From a virus (taxonomy: Duplodnaviria; Caudoviricetes): 64,000 bases of DNA. The notes under the pieces were generated by a model. It was given only the letters and a program-made list of their open reading frames with translations, ran no database searches and was not told where the DNA came from. Numbering within the stretch: the stretch's first letter is position 1; every line of letters begins with the position of its first letter. Below, piece after piece: positions 10,419-18,969 of the stretch. The position numbers were made by a program, and so were the translations under genes. The stretch spans positions 40,688 through 104,687 of IMG/VR virus record IMGVR_UViG_3300029305_012082; one strand, given 5' to 3'.

Positions 10419-10517
10419 GGAATTTCCGTGGAATTTCCGTGGAATTTCCCGCGACTTTCCACGGAAATTCCGGCGCAACCGTAACCGTAACCGTAACCGT
10501 AACCAATATACCGTAAC
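10419..10517. repeat. Iteron-like direct and inverted 11-mers plus (AACCGT)4
   Basis: GGAATTTCCGT at 10419 and 10430, partial at 10441; inverted TTCCACGGAAATTCC at 10457-10471; AACCGT x4 at 10477-10500. Confidence 0.85.
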
Positions 10518-10604
10518 TATATATAGATTCTGCGCTAATGCGTGTTTTTTATGAAATTGCAGAATGACCATTGCAATGGTTTGTGATAGATAAGAGGTGA
10601 GAGA

Positions 10605-11468
10605 ATGGCAGGTCTTGAGAATTTTGATCGGCAATATCGTCTGTCTGCCGGCAAGGCCGGGGGCACAGGATTTGAGATCGGCGGAGAAAAGCCTGTTCCG
10701 CTGCACATAGATTTCTCTGTGGAAAGAACCGACCAAGAAACACAGAACACCGCCACTCTCAGCATTTGGAACCTCAATGATGCCCATTTGGCAGCTCTTG
10801 AAGAAAAAGACTGTGTTGTGGCACTTAGAGCAGGATACGGGAACCGTATGCCTCTAATTTTTTCCGGAATCGTAACTCAAGCAGTAACTTCGAATGATGG
10901 CGCAGACAGAAAAACTGAGCTTGACATAGTAGACAACCTTGTGGAGATCCGAGACACCTATGTAAGCCTCTCGTACAACGGGACTGTCAATTGGAAAACA
11001 ATTTTTGATGATGTTTCTTCCCAGATGGGTGTCGCCATCTCCTACTCCTACAATGCCGAGTTTGTCGATATTCCGAATGGATTTAGCTTTGTTGGTATGG
11101 CTAGAGACATAATGACCAAGGGCTGCGCTTGCTGCGGTCTTGTTTGGAGTCTCCAGAATGGGGTCATGCAAGTGAAAAAGCCCGGGGATGTAATGTCCAA
11201 GGAAGTCTATGTTCTGTCCCCGGAAACTGGACTGCTTGGTATTCCCGCCCGAATCACGGAAGCGTCCGACAAGTCTGACGAAAAAAATACAATCGGCTGG
11301 GATGTCGAGTATTTTATGAACGGCGCAATCAACATAGATGACTATGTTAAGCTTGAGAGCAAAATGGTGACTGGGTATTTCCGCGTCTATTCGTTAAGCA
11401 TTTCTGGCGATAATGTTTCTGGCGACTGGATATGCAAGGCCCGACTGAAAGAGGTGAAGGAATCATGA
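10605..11468 (+). CDS. Baseplate hub protein
   Basis: NTATLSIWNL, LRAGY, WSLQNG and LSPETGL motifs. Confidence 0.8.
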   Translation: MAGLENFDRQYRLSAGKAGGTGFEIGGEKPVPLHIDFSVERTDQETQNTATLSIWNLNDAHLAALEEKDCVVALRAGYGNRMPLIFSGIVTQAVTSNDGADRKTELDIVDNLVEIRDTYVSLSYNGTVNWKTIFDDVSSQMGVAISYSYNAEFVDIPNGFSFVGMARDIMTKGCACCGLVWSLQNGVMQVKKPGDVMSKEVYVLSPETGLLGIPARITEASDKSDEKNTIGWDVEYFMNGAINIDDYVKLESKMVTGYFRVYSLSISGDNVSGDWICKARLKEVKES

Positions 11469-12061
11469 TGCAGGAGTTTGTCCAAGAGATTACCAACACT
11501 GTCAATCAGTCTTTGAAGGGCGTCCATACAGCAATGCCTGGTACTATCGTCTCATACGATCCCGGAAGCGGAACGGCAACAGTGAAGCCGGCGATGAAGT
11601 TCAGGAAGCCAGATGGAACAACTATCGACTATCCGCAGATCTCTGGTGTCCCTGTTTCCATTTCTCAGGGATCTGGTGGTCAGGCAACAGTTGCTATCCC
11701 CATCAAAGGCGGAGACGGATGCATGATCGTAGTTTCCGAGCAATCTCTCGATTATTGGATGTATGGACAGGAAACCCCCACTGATCTGCCCTTCGACATG
11801 AGCAACGCCATGTGTATTCCGGGTCTTGCTCCTGCTGCGAATGCTGCCATGCAGAAAGCATGTGCTGAAAACTGCATTGTGATAACGGCCGGAGGAGCAA
11901 CAACCGTCAAAGTAAAAGGGGACGAAGTTGAGATCGAAGCTCCTTCCGTCAACATGAAATCGCCACAGGTGAAAATAGAAGGTTCTCTGGAGGTAGGGAG
12001 CGGAATGACTGTCAGTGGTGGGTTGTCTGTAGAGGGAGGCATTGAAGAAACCTTGAAGTGA
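11465..12061 (+). CDS. Baseplate central spike (Gp138/gpV-like)
   Basis: HTAMPGTIVSYD, ATVKP and PIKGGDGC motifs; beta-repeat C-terminus. Confidence 0.8.
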   Translation: MMQEFVQEITNTVNQSLKGVHTAMPGTIVSYDPGSGTATVKPAMKFRKPDGTTIDYPQISGVPVSISQGSGGQATVAIPIKGGDGCMIVVSEQSLDYWMYGQETPTDLPFDMSNAMCIPGLAPAANAAMQKACAENCIVITAGGATTVKVKGDEVEIEAPSVNMKSPQVKIEGSLEVGSGMTVSGGLSVEGGIEETLK

Positions 12062-12200
12062 TCGCCCTACAATTCGCTTCACAGCCGCCCAAATTGCCTC
12101 TAACGGGACTTTTTGGCAGACATCAACTTACAAACAAAGCAAAGAAACTCCGACCTCACAAGACACAGTGGGTTCTCAGCTTATAAACAAAGGGAGGACA

Positions 12201-12557
12201 ATGATGGCCGATATTAGGTTGAACAAAGATGGCGATATCGACGTGTCGAAGACAGGTGACATCTACCTCACAAACAGCGTTCGACAGGCGATCCTGATTA
12301 AATTGAGATGGATTTATGGCGAATGGCGGCTCGGTCCAGAATTAGGTTTCCCTTGGTTTGAACAGGTCTTCATTAAGAACCCGAACACAGATGCGATCAA
12401 GGGTTTACTTCGAGAAAAGATCCTTCAGGTAGAAGGAGTAGATGCGGCGATTGTAACAGAGGTCGAATATAGCCGTGAAAAAAGATCTGCAACCTTCCGC
12501 TACACCGTAACGGTAGGGGAGGAAGTGTTCAAGGAAGAGGTGACGCTTTATGAGTGA
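12201..12557 (+). CDS. Baseplate wedge / sheath initiator (gp25-like)
   Basis: RQAILIKLRWIYGEW...GFPW motif. Confidence 0.75.
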   Translation: MMADIRLNKDGDIDVSKTGDIYLTNSVRQAILIKLRWIYGEWRLGPELGFPWFEQVFIKNPNTDAIKGLLREKILQVEGVDAAIVTEVEYSREKRSATFRYTVTVGEEVFKEEVTLYE

Positions 12558-13992
12558 ATATGGGCTTACACCGAAAGGGCCGAATATCAAAAGACTTGAT
12601 GAGATCATTGAGTCCTTGCATAAGAACCTCTCAGAGCGGTGGGGTGTCAATACCCGTCAGAACCCCGAGTCTCTGATAAATCATGTTTTGACAAATGTTG
12701 CCGATCAGATCGCAGAATTGTGGGAGTTTGGAGAGAGTGTTTATTATTCTCAGTATCCTGCCACAGCGGAAGGCATCAATCTGGATAATGCTGCTCAGTA
12801 CGGCGGCTCCACGAGAGAGCCGGCGGCGAAATCCTATTACCCCATCCACTGCACAGGCAAAGATGGAACGGTCCTTGCAGCAGGAACGATCATTGCCTCT
12901 ACCACGAATCCGACAACACAGCTGTCTCTTGCCGAGAGCCGGACCATATCGAGATCTGCTTTCAATAAAGCTGCGATAAAAGTGGCATCCCTGCAAACGG
13001 GAAATCCGTACATAGTAATCATCAACAACAAAGACTACCGGCATACAGCTGGAACCCTCAGTGCTCTTGAAATTCTGAATGGGTTGGCCGAAGAAATGGG
13101 CAATGACTTCACCGTCAGCGTAGATACCGAGAACGAGCTGCTGAATATCGAAGCTGACGCAGGAACAACAAACGACTTGACTCTTTCAGAGAATCTGACC
13201 ACAGAAACCGTCACATCAATCATCACGTTCGGCACTGTCGAAACAGGAAACATTCTGCTTCCGGACGGAGTCATTACGAATATCGTAAAGGCAGATGCCG
13301 GCCTCCAAAGCGTTGTAAATGTCAGCGGCTACATTGCGGGACGAGATGAAGAAAGTGACGCAGAGTTCCGGATGTCATATGCAGATAAGATTTTCAACCG
13401 ATCCAAGACAATGCTTGACACCATACGCAGTGCGATTTTGAACAACGTACAAGGCGTCGCTAGTGTTGCTACATACGAGAACGATAGCGACATTACCGAC
13501 GAATATGGCCGTCCCCCTCACAGCATCGAAATCGTTGTTGATGGAGGAGACAACTACGAAATTGCACAGCAAATATTCGCAAACAAAGCCGCAGGCATTT
13601 CCACACATGGAAATGAAGAAGTGACTATAGTAGGTTCCTATGATGAAAATTTCACTATCAAGTTCAGCCGCCCCGAGATTGTCTATGTGTGGTTCCATCT
13701 GAAATTGGAGCGAAATTCTTCTCAGAGCATTCCGGACAATTACGAAGAACTACTGCGATCGGTTGTAACAAAAAATATGGAGAATTTGGACGCAGGAACC
13801 GATGTGGTTCCCATGCGCTTCATGACCGAACTTTACGATGCTTTCTCAGGCATCAACTACATCGACATTACATTGACAGCAACCTCGAACAAAGAAAAAC
13901 CGAGCGTGTACACAGCTCGAAGCCAAGCAATTACAGCTAGACAGAGAGCCTTCACCAGCGAAGACATGATAACGGTGGATTTCTATGAGTAA
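12550..13992 (+). CDS. Baseplate J-like wedge protein
   Basis: TAEGINLD, GRDEESDAEFR and PPHSIEIVVDGG motifs. Confidence 0.85.
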   Translation: MSEYGLTPKGPNIKRLDEIIESLHKNLSERWGVNTRQNPESLINHVLTNVADQIAELWEFGESVYYSQYPATAEGINLDNAAQYGGSTREPAAKSYYPIHCTGKDGTVLAAGTIIASTTNPTTQLSLAESRTISRSAFNKAAIKVASLQTGNPYIVIINNKDYRHTAGTLSALEILNGLAEEMGNDFTVSVDTENELLNIEADAGTTNDLTLSENLTTETVTSIITFGTVETGNILLPDGVITNIVKADAGLQSVVNVSGYIAGRDEESDAEFRMSYADKIFNRSKTMLDTIRSAILNNVQGVASVATYENDSDITDEYGRPPHSIEIVVDGGDNYEIAQQIFANKAAGISTHGNEEVTIVGSYDENFTIKFSRPEIVYVWFHLKLERNSSQSIPDNYEELLRSVVTKNMENLDAGTDVVPMRFMTELYDAFSGINYIDITLTATSNKEKPSVYTARSQAITARQRAFTSEDMITVDFYE

Positions 13993-14647
13993 TAGATATG
14001 TTGTAAATCTCCAAAGTGATCTGCTTGAGCAATTTCGAGGAAAGCCGAATATCGAGGCTCTTGTTGAGGTAATTGGCGTTGAACTCCAAGAAGTGTATGA
14101 TTTTTTCTCTCAACTCCTGATCGAGCGAGACATCAAGGTCGCAGTCGGAAAACAGCTGGACGGAATAGGCAGCATTGCAGACATGACCCGCAGCGAGGCG
14201 ATTGCTCTTGCAAGAGACGCCAATTACCCCTATACCGATGAAGATGAGATGTATCGAGTATTCCTACTCTACAAAATCTTCGTCAACACGGCAAAGGGGA
14301 CATATGCCGATGTTCTAAGATCCATCCACATGTTATGGGAAGGAACACTGACATATGAGGAGGATGCAACAGTTCCTGCGACCATTATCCTGAATTTTGA
14401 GCGGTTTAATGGGCTTGATATTCAGAGACTTCTAAAGGTGCCCATTGTCAAACCTGCAGGCGTTAGAATTCTTTTCCGAGCCACTGGTCGAAAGGATCAT
14501 TCTTTCTATACTGCAGGAACAATCACACATAGCAAAAGAATAACCTACACCCAAGAAGAATACGACTTCTCTATCCCTGACATCCTCGTAGACGAAGACC
14601 AAAACCTTCTTCTTGATGAAAATGGTAATATCCTAACCGAAGGCTGA
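13985..14647 (+). CDS. Baseplate wedge protein (DUF2612-like)
   Basis: AVGKQLDGIG, D..YR.FL and KPAGV motifs. Confidence 0.75.
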   Translation: MSNRYVVNLQSDLLEQFRGKPNIEALVEVIGVELQEVYDFFSQLLIERDIKVAVGKQLDGIGSIADMTRSEAIALARDANYPYTDEDEMYRVFLLYKIFVNTAKGTYADVLRSIHMLWEGTLTYEEDATVPATIILNFERFNGLDIQRLLKVPIVKPAGVRILFRATGRKDHSFYTAGTITHSKRITYTQEEYDFSIPDILVDEDQNLLLDENGNILTEG

Positions 14648-14664
14648 CAGGGAGGTAATGAAAT

Positions 14665-15726
14665 ATGTCCATATTCGTTGAAACTACCGACAGTGGCATC
14701 GGCTTGATGGTTCAGGCCCTGTTTGGAGACGCCACTATAGAGTTTACAAGGTTTGAATTCGGGAATGGGGACGTCCCCTCTGAACCCGAAAAGATGACCG
14801 AACTGGGCAACAAAATCTTTGAAAGCCCCGTTGTTGGTGAAATTGTTAAAGGCGAAAACTATGTCGATGTAGCAACGAAATTCGACAACAGAAATGTATC
14901 GCACGATTTCACTCTCACGGAAATTGGAGTATTTGCTATCGATGTGGGCACTCAGGAAGAGGTGATGTTTGCTTACATTCATCTCGGCGACCAAGGCGAA
15001 CCTGTTCTTAGCACTGCGGCAAATAAACTGGTTGAGAATGAGATTGTCGTTCGTATCATTATCGACAAAGCCATAAACGTTACTGCTTCGGTTGCATCCA
15101 CCATGTATGCATATCAAAAGGACTTTGATGACCACTTGAAAGACTACGACAATCCGCACAAGGTCACAAAAGCACAAATTGGGCTTGGTGAAGTTCCGAA
15201 TACGCATCCCAAAGACACAGAGATTAAATTTACAGAAGCACAGGAAATCGGAAATATAATGTCAGGAGATACGATCGGAACTGTCTTCGGAAAAATTGCG
15301 GCTGCAATCAGAGCTTTGATTGCCCACATCGCAAACAAAAACAACCCGCATCAGATTACGCCCATGTCTATTGGTGCTGCTGGAGAAGGACACTCACACG
15401 CAACTTCCGACATTAAAACCGGCGTGCTTACTGTTTTGAGAGGTGGCACAGGGAAGAACAACTGGATAGCCAACAGAATTCTTTTCGCTGCTGCAAGCGA
15501 TGAACTCGGCCAAATCAAGAATCCTGACAAAAAGTCTTTCCTCGTCCAAGGATCTAGTGGAGCACCATATTTTGAAGCCATTTCCGAGTTCGCCTTTTTC
15601 TCTACAGGAAAAGAAGCCCCTGATAGTACGAATATCTTGTGGATTGATACAACTCCTACTACCGGCGGACTTAAATACCACAACGGGACAGAATGGACAC
15701 ATGTGCCTGTTGCATATGTGCAGTAA
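14665..15726 (+). CDS. Tail fibre / collar protein (baseplate-attached)
   Basis: N-terminal TDSG...LTEIGVFA..MFAY collar domain; NPHKVTKAQIGLG and HIANKNNPHQIT fibre repeats; L.V.RGGTG motif. Confidence 0.8.
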   Translation: MSIFVETTDSGIGLMVQALFGDATIEFTRFEFGNGDVPSEPEKMTELGNKIFESPVVGEIVKGENYVDVATKFDNRNVSHDFTLTEIGVFAIDVGTQEEVMFAYIHLGDQGEPVLSTAANKLVENEIVVRIIIDKAINVTASVASTMYAYQKDFDDHLKDYDNPHKVTKAQIGLGEVPNTHPKDTEIKFTEAQEIGNIMSGDTIGTVFGKIAAAIRALIAHIANKNNPHQITPMSIGAAGEGHSHATSDIKTGVLTVLRGGTGKNNWIANRILFAAASDELGQIKNPDKKSFLVQGSSGAPYFEAISEFAFFSTGKEAPDSTNILWIDTTPTTGGLKYHNGTEWTHVPVAYVQ

Positions 15727-15735
15727 GGAGAGAAT

Positions 15736-16065
15736 ATGAAAACGCTTGTATTTGATATTCCGTATGATCTTTCCAGTTTGATAGAAATGCTCGATTATGA
15801 AACGGGAGCATTGAGAGAACTCCTTGCGTATGCAGCCTCCAAAGGGTTAGAGAACACTACTGCATATCAAAAGTGGGAACAGGACTACCACGCCACCTAC
15901 AAAGAATTCCAGATTGCAAAACAAACTCTGCAGAATGATTATCTGCCCCGTGTCGTCGAAGGAACCGTTTTGAACTGGGAGCTGACTTACTCAACCAACT
16001 CGATCGAAGTACAAGTCTGTCAATGCGAGGGGGAGCAGAATGAAGAAGCACGAGTCGTTCTCTGA
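15736..16065 (+). CDS. Putative CXXX-repeat peptide modification system accessory protein
   Basis: 109 aa helical protein ending in a W.L.Y.T..I.V strand pattern; overlaps the rSAM start. Resemblance to the TIGR04116-type family is recalled, not searched. Confidence 0.55.
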   Translation: MKTLVFDIPYDLSSLIEMLDYETGALRELLAYAASKGLENTTAYQKWEQDYHATYKEFQIAKQTLQNDYLPRVVEGTVLNWELTYSTNSIEVQVCQCEGEQNEEARVVL

Positions 16066-17359
16066 TAAGCTTGGACGGATTTATCACCCGATTGATGCCG
16101 ATGATACCTTCAAGGTAAACGATTGGAGAGCAAAAACAATCACATTTCAGATCACAGAGGAATGCAACCTGAATTGCTCCTATTGTTATCAGGGAGCGAA
16201 ATCTCGAAACAGAATGAGTTTTGAGACAGCCAAAGAAATTGTAGACACCCTTTTGGCTGCAGACAGCAGGACGAATCAATATATCACATCGGACAAAATC
16301 AGCGGTGTTATCTTGGATTTCATAGGTGGAGAGCCACTGCTCGAAGTAGATTTGATCGATCAAATCATGGACTATTTTCTGGAACAGGCGTTTTTGCTCA
16401 ATCACCCTCTGGCGACCAGATATATGATCTGTATATCTTCGAATGGCACCTTGTATTTCACAGAAAGCGTACAGAGATTTCTGGAAAAATGGGAAGGTCG
16501 AATCTCTTTTTCTGTTAGCGTTGATGGGAACAAGGAACTCCATGATTCCTGCAGAGTCTTTCCTGATGGGACTGGAAGTTATGACCTTGCAATTGCTGCA
16601 GCCAAAGACTACATGAACAAACATGGCTTCATAGGAAGTAAAATGACGATAGCTCCCGGAAATGTCATGCATGTAAGAAGTGCTGTAAACAGCCTGCTTC
16701 AGGAAGGGTATGACGAGATTTATCTGAACTGCGTTTTCGAAGAAGGGTGGGAGCTTTCTCATGCCCAAATTCTGTACAGACAGCTCAGAGGACTGGCTGA
16801 CGATTTGTTGGCTATGGAAAATCAACCCTATCTGTCCATATTTGACGAACACATCGGACACCCCATGAAGGAATCAGATAACCAAAACTGGTGCGGTGGG
16901 TGCGGAAGCATGCTTGCGGTCAATTGGAAAGGAGAATTCTTTCCTTGCCTCAGATACATGGGATCTAGCCTGAACGGAGCACAAGAGCCGTTCATAATCG
17001 GAGACCTTGAGAATGGGATTATGAATTTGCAGGAACACCGCGACAGGGTACAGGAACTCTCTGTCATCGACCGGAAGTCTCAAAGCACAGAGGAGTGCTG
17101 GAGCTGCCCCATCGCATCTGGATGTGCATGGTGTTCGGCATATAACTATCAGGTATATGGAACACCGAATAAAAGAGCGACCTTTATTTGCAAAATGCAC
17201 CAGGCTAGAGTCTTAGCAAACGCATACTACTGGAACCTGATATACAAAAAAGAAAACATAGGAACACGGTACTTGTTAGATATTCCTGCTGATTGGGCTG
17301 TCGAAATAGTTGGCGAGAACGAATACGCTATGCTCAAATCTTTGGCGGAGGAGGTGTAG
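16040..17359 (+). CDS. Radical SAM/SPASM peptide maturase (CXXX-repeat target type)
   Basis: CNLNCSYC (CxxxCxxC), FIGGEPLL and SVSVDG; SPASM cysteines WCGGCG...FFPC...CWSCPIASGCAWC...FIC. Confidence 0.9.
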   Translation: MKKHESFSDKLGRIYHPIDADDTFKVNDWRAKTITFQITEECNLNCSYCYQGAKSRNRMSFETAKEIVDTLLAADSRTNQYITSDKISGVILDFIGGEPLLEVDLIDQIMDYFLEQAFLLNHPLATRYMICISSNGTLYFTESVQRFLEKWEGRISFSVSVDGNKELHDSCRVFPDGTGSYDLAIAAAKDYMNKHGFIGSKMTIAPGNVMHVRSAVNSLLQEGYDEIYLNCVFEEGWELSHAQILYRQLRGLADDLLAMENQPYLSIFDEHIGHPMKESDNQNWCGGCGSMLAVNWKGEFFPCLRYMGSSLNGAQEPFIIGDLENGIMNLQEHRDRVQELSVIDRKSQSTEECWSCPIASGCAWCSAYNYQVYGTPNKRATFICKMHQARVLANAYYWNLIYKKENIGTRYLLDIPADWAVEIVGENEYAMLKSLAEEV

Positions 17360-17362
17360 TAG

Positions 17363-18034
17363 GTGGCATATATCGACCATGAAAGATTTCTTGATCTCAA
17401 AAAGCGAGTACGAGAAGAATGCCTCAAAAGGTGCTACACTGGATCGGTGCTGATGTATGGAAGTCAAGACTTTGACTTTGAAAACCAACCTGCGGAAGGA
17501 AATCTGATTCTTGGGGAGCATTATGAGAAAATTGCAACCCCCCTCGCTGCGATCAATTCTGACCTAGTTCCAGATTTAGATCCCAAACGAATTGTCTCCG
17601 AAGAAGAACTCGCTATGTTGGAGGCGGCAGTAACTACATTTGAGGCAGAGTCGAAAGCAAGGACAACTCCGGGTGAATGCAAATCGTCCTGCACCGGAAC
17701 CTGTTATACAGAATGCTCCGCATCATGTACCGGAAGTTGTGGTGGAAACTGTTCCGGTGGTTGTCTTACAAGCTGCAATGGGTGCGACGGATGTAGTGGC
17801 AGCTGCACCAACGTATGTTCTGGATGCACAAGTACATGCAAAACGCACTGTACTGGAGGATGCAGCGGTTCCTGCAAGGAGACCTGCACTGTTTCTTGTG
17901 GATTTAGGGGTTGCTCCGGAAGCTGTAGAAATCATTGCTACAATGGTTGCGTTTCTTCTTGCGGTGGAGGCTGCTCAACTTGTGGCAGCAACTGTTCGGG
18001 CGTTAGTCTAGTAGGAACGCAAAGCAGTCATTAA
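17363..18034 (+). CDS. Cys-rich (CxxxC)n protein, putative rSAM substrate
   Basis: GTG start 3 nt after the rSAM stop, with GGAGGT RBS; 28 Cys at mostly 4-residue spacing encoded at 17678-17995; about 105-aa non-repetitive N-terminus. Confidence 0.85.
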   Translation: MAYIDHERFLDLKKRVREECLKRCYTGSVLMYGSQDFDFENQPAEGNLILGEHYEKIATPLAAINSDLVPDLDPKRIVSEEELAMLEAAVTTFEAESKARTTPGECKSSCTGTCYTECSASCTGSCGGNCSGGCLTSCNGCDGCSGSCTNVCSGCTSTCKTHCTGGCSGSCKETCTVSCGFRGCSGSCRNHCYNGCVSSCGGGCSTCGSNCSGVSLVGTQSSH

Positions 18035-18045
18035 GAGGTGACAAC

Positions 18046-18594
18046 ATGAATATTGCATCAAAGTTTGATATAGCTGCCTTGAACCTTTTCGTGGCAGCAA
18101 GTGAGGGAACTGTTTCTACGGAACATAGAATGGAAATTTTCGAAAGCGTTGCTGGCGATCTTGACCTTATGGTCGAGGCCCTTAATGCGTTGATCGTCGG
18201 ACACAATGCTAGAGTGTACTCTGGAACGCTTTCTGCGGAGAAGGCTTTTAAGTCCATTAAAGCAGAATACAAAGCAATTGGTTTTGGAGAAATTGTTCCT
18301 TTCGATTGCATGGAAGGTCCTCTTGAGATGCTTTATTATAGAAAAAGCTCAGATGAAATAGATATGGACCACATGTTCGAGATCATCCAGAAGATGTTCC
18401 AAAAAAATGAAACCTGTCCCAACGAGAGAATTAAGTGTGGCGTATATCAGCTTGCGCTGAGAACAATTACGCACTACAACCTCGTAGCAAAGGACATAAG
18501 TTTCTCCAGACAAGTCATCGATAAAGTAAATTCCTACACACAGGAACAAAAAGATTCCGCTCTTTTGCCCCCTGCCATTGTGACAGAACTGTAG
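18046..18594 (+). CDS. Hypothetical protein, possibly part of the rSAM cassette
   Basis: GAGGTG RBS, 11 nt after the Cys-rich gene; no recognised motif. Confidence 0.7.
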   Translation: MNIASKFDIAALNLFVAASEGTVSTEHRMEIFESVAGDLDLMVEALNALIVGHNARVYSGTLSAEKAFKSIKAEYKAIGFGEIVPFDCMEGPLEMLYYRKSSDEIDMDHMFEIIQKMFQKNETCPNERIKCGVYQLALRTITHYNLVAKDISFSRQVIDKVNSYTQEQKDSALLPPAIVTEL

Positions 18595-18604
18595 GAGGTA
18601 TTCT

Positions 18605-18928
18605 ATGGCTATTGAAAAAATCACAGATAAGCCGGTGGCTGCATCGGCTGAATTGGCAGATCATATTTTGATCGTCATAGACGGAAAGCTCCGAAGGGCT
18701 ACTGTTGAAACACTGGCGGATATTTTGGTGGAAGGGCATATAGTCAAAATCAACGCTGATGTTACTTCTGCCGTCAATGAAGCGACAGAGCTTGCTGATA
18801 GAATTAGAACATCGCTGGATAACGGGGAATTCAACGGAACGCCCGGTGCTGCAGGAATTTATATCGGCAAGGACGAACCGACAGATCCTCACCATCCCGT
18901 ATGGCTGTACTATGATCCCGAAGCATGA
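18605..18928 (+). CDS. Small tail appendage protein
   Basis: GEFNGTPG and IYIGKDEP...VWL motifs typical of fibre segments. Confidence 0.6.
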   Translation: MAIEKITDKPVAASAELADHILIVIDGKLRRATVETLADILVEGHIVKINADVTSAVNEATELADRIRTSLDNGEFNGTPGAAGIYIGKDEPTDPHHPVWLYYDPEA

Positions 18929-18969
18929 TTTGCAAGGATTAGAGAATCCCAAATAAAGGAGTACGGAAC

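Noticed and set aside
10291-10554. 87-aa ORF spanning the iteron-like repeats as a real gene
   Set aside because: It overlaps the baseplate gene out of frame and has no RBS; treated as non-coding or relic.
16040-17359. rSAM as anaerobic RNR activase, QueE or sulfatase maturase
   Set aside because: Its length, SPASM domain and adjacent CxxxC-repeat protein fit a peptide maturase; no nrdD, que or sulfatase genes are nearby.
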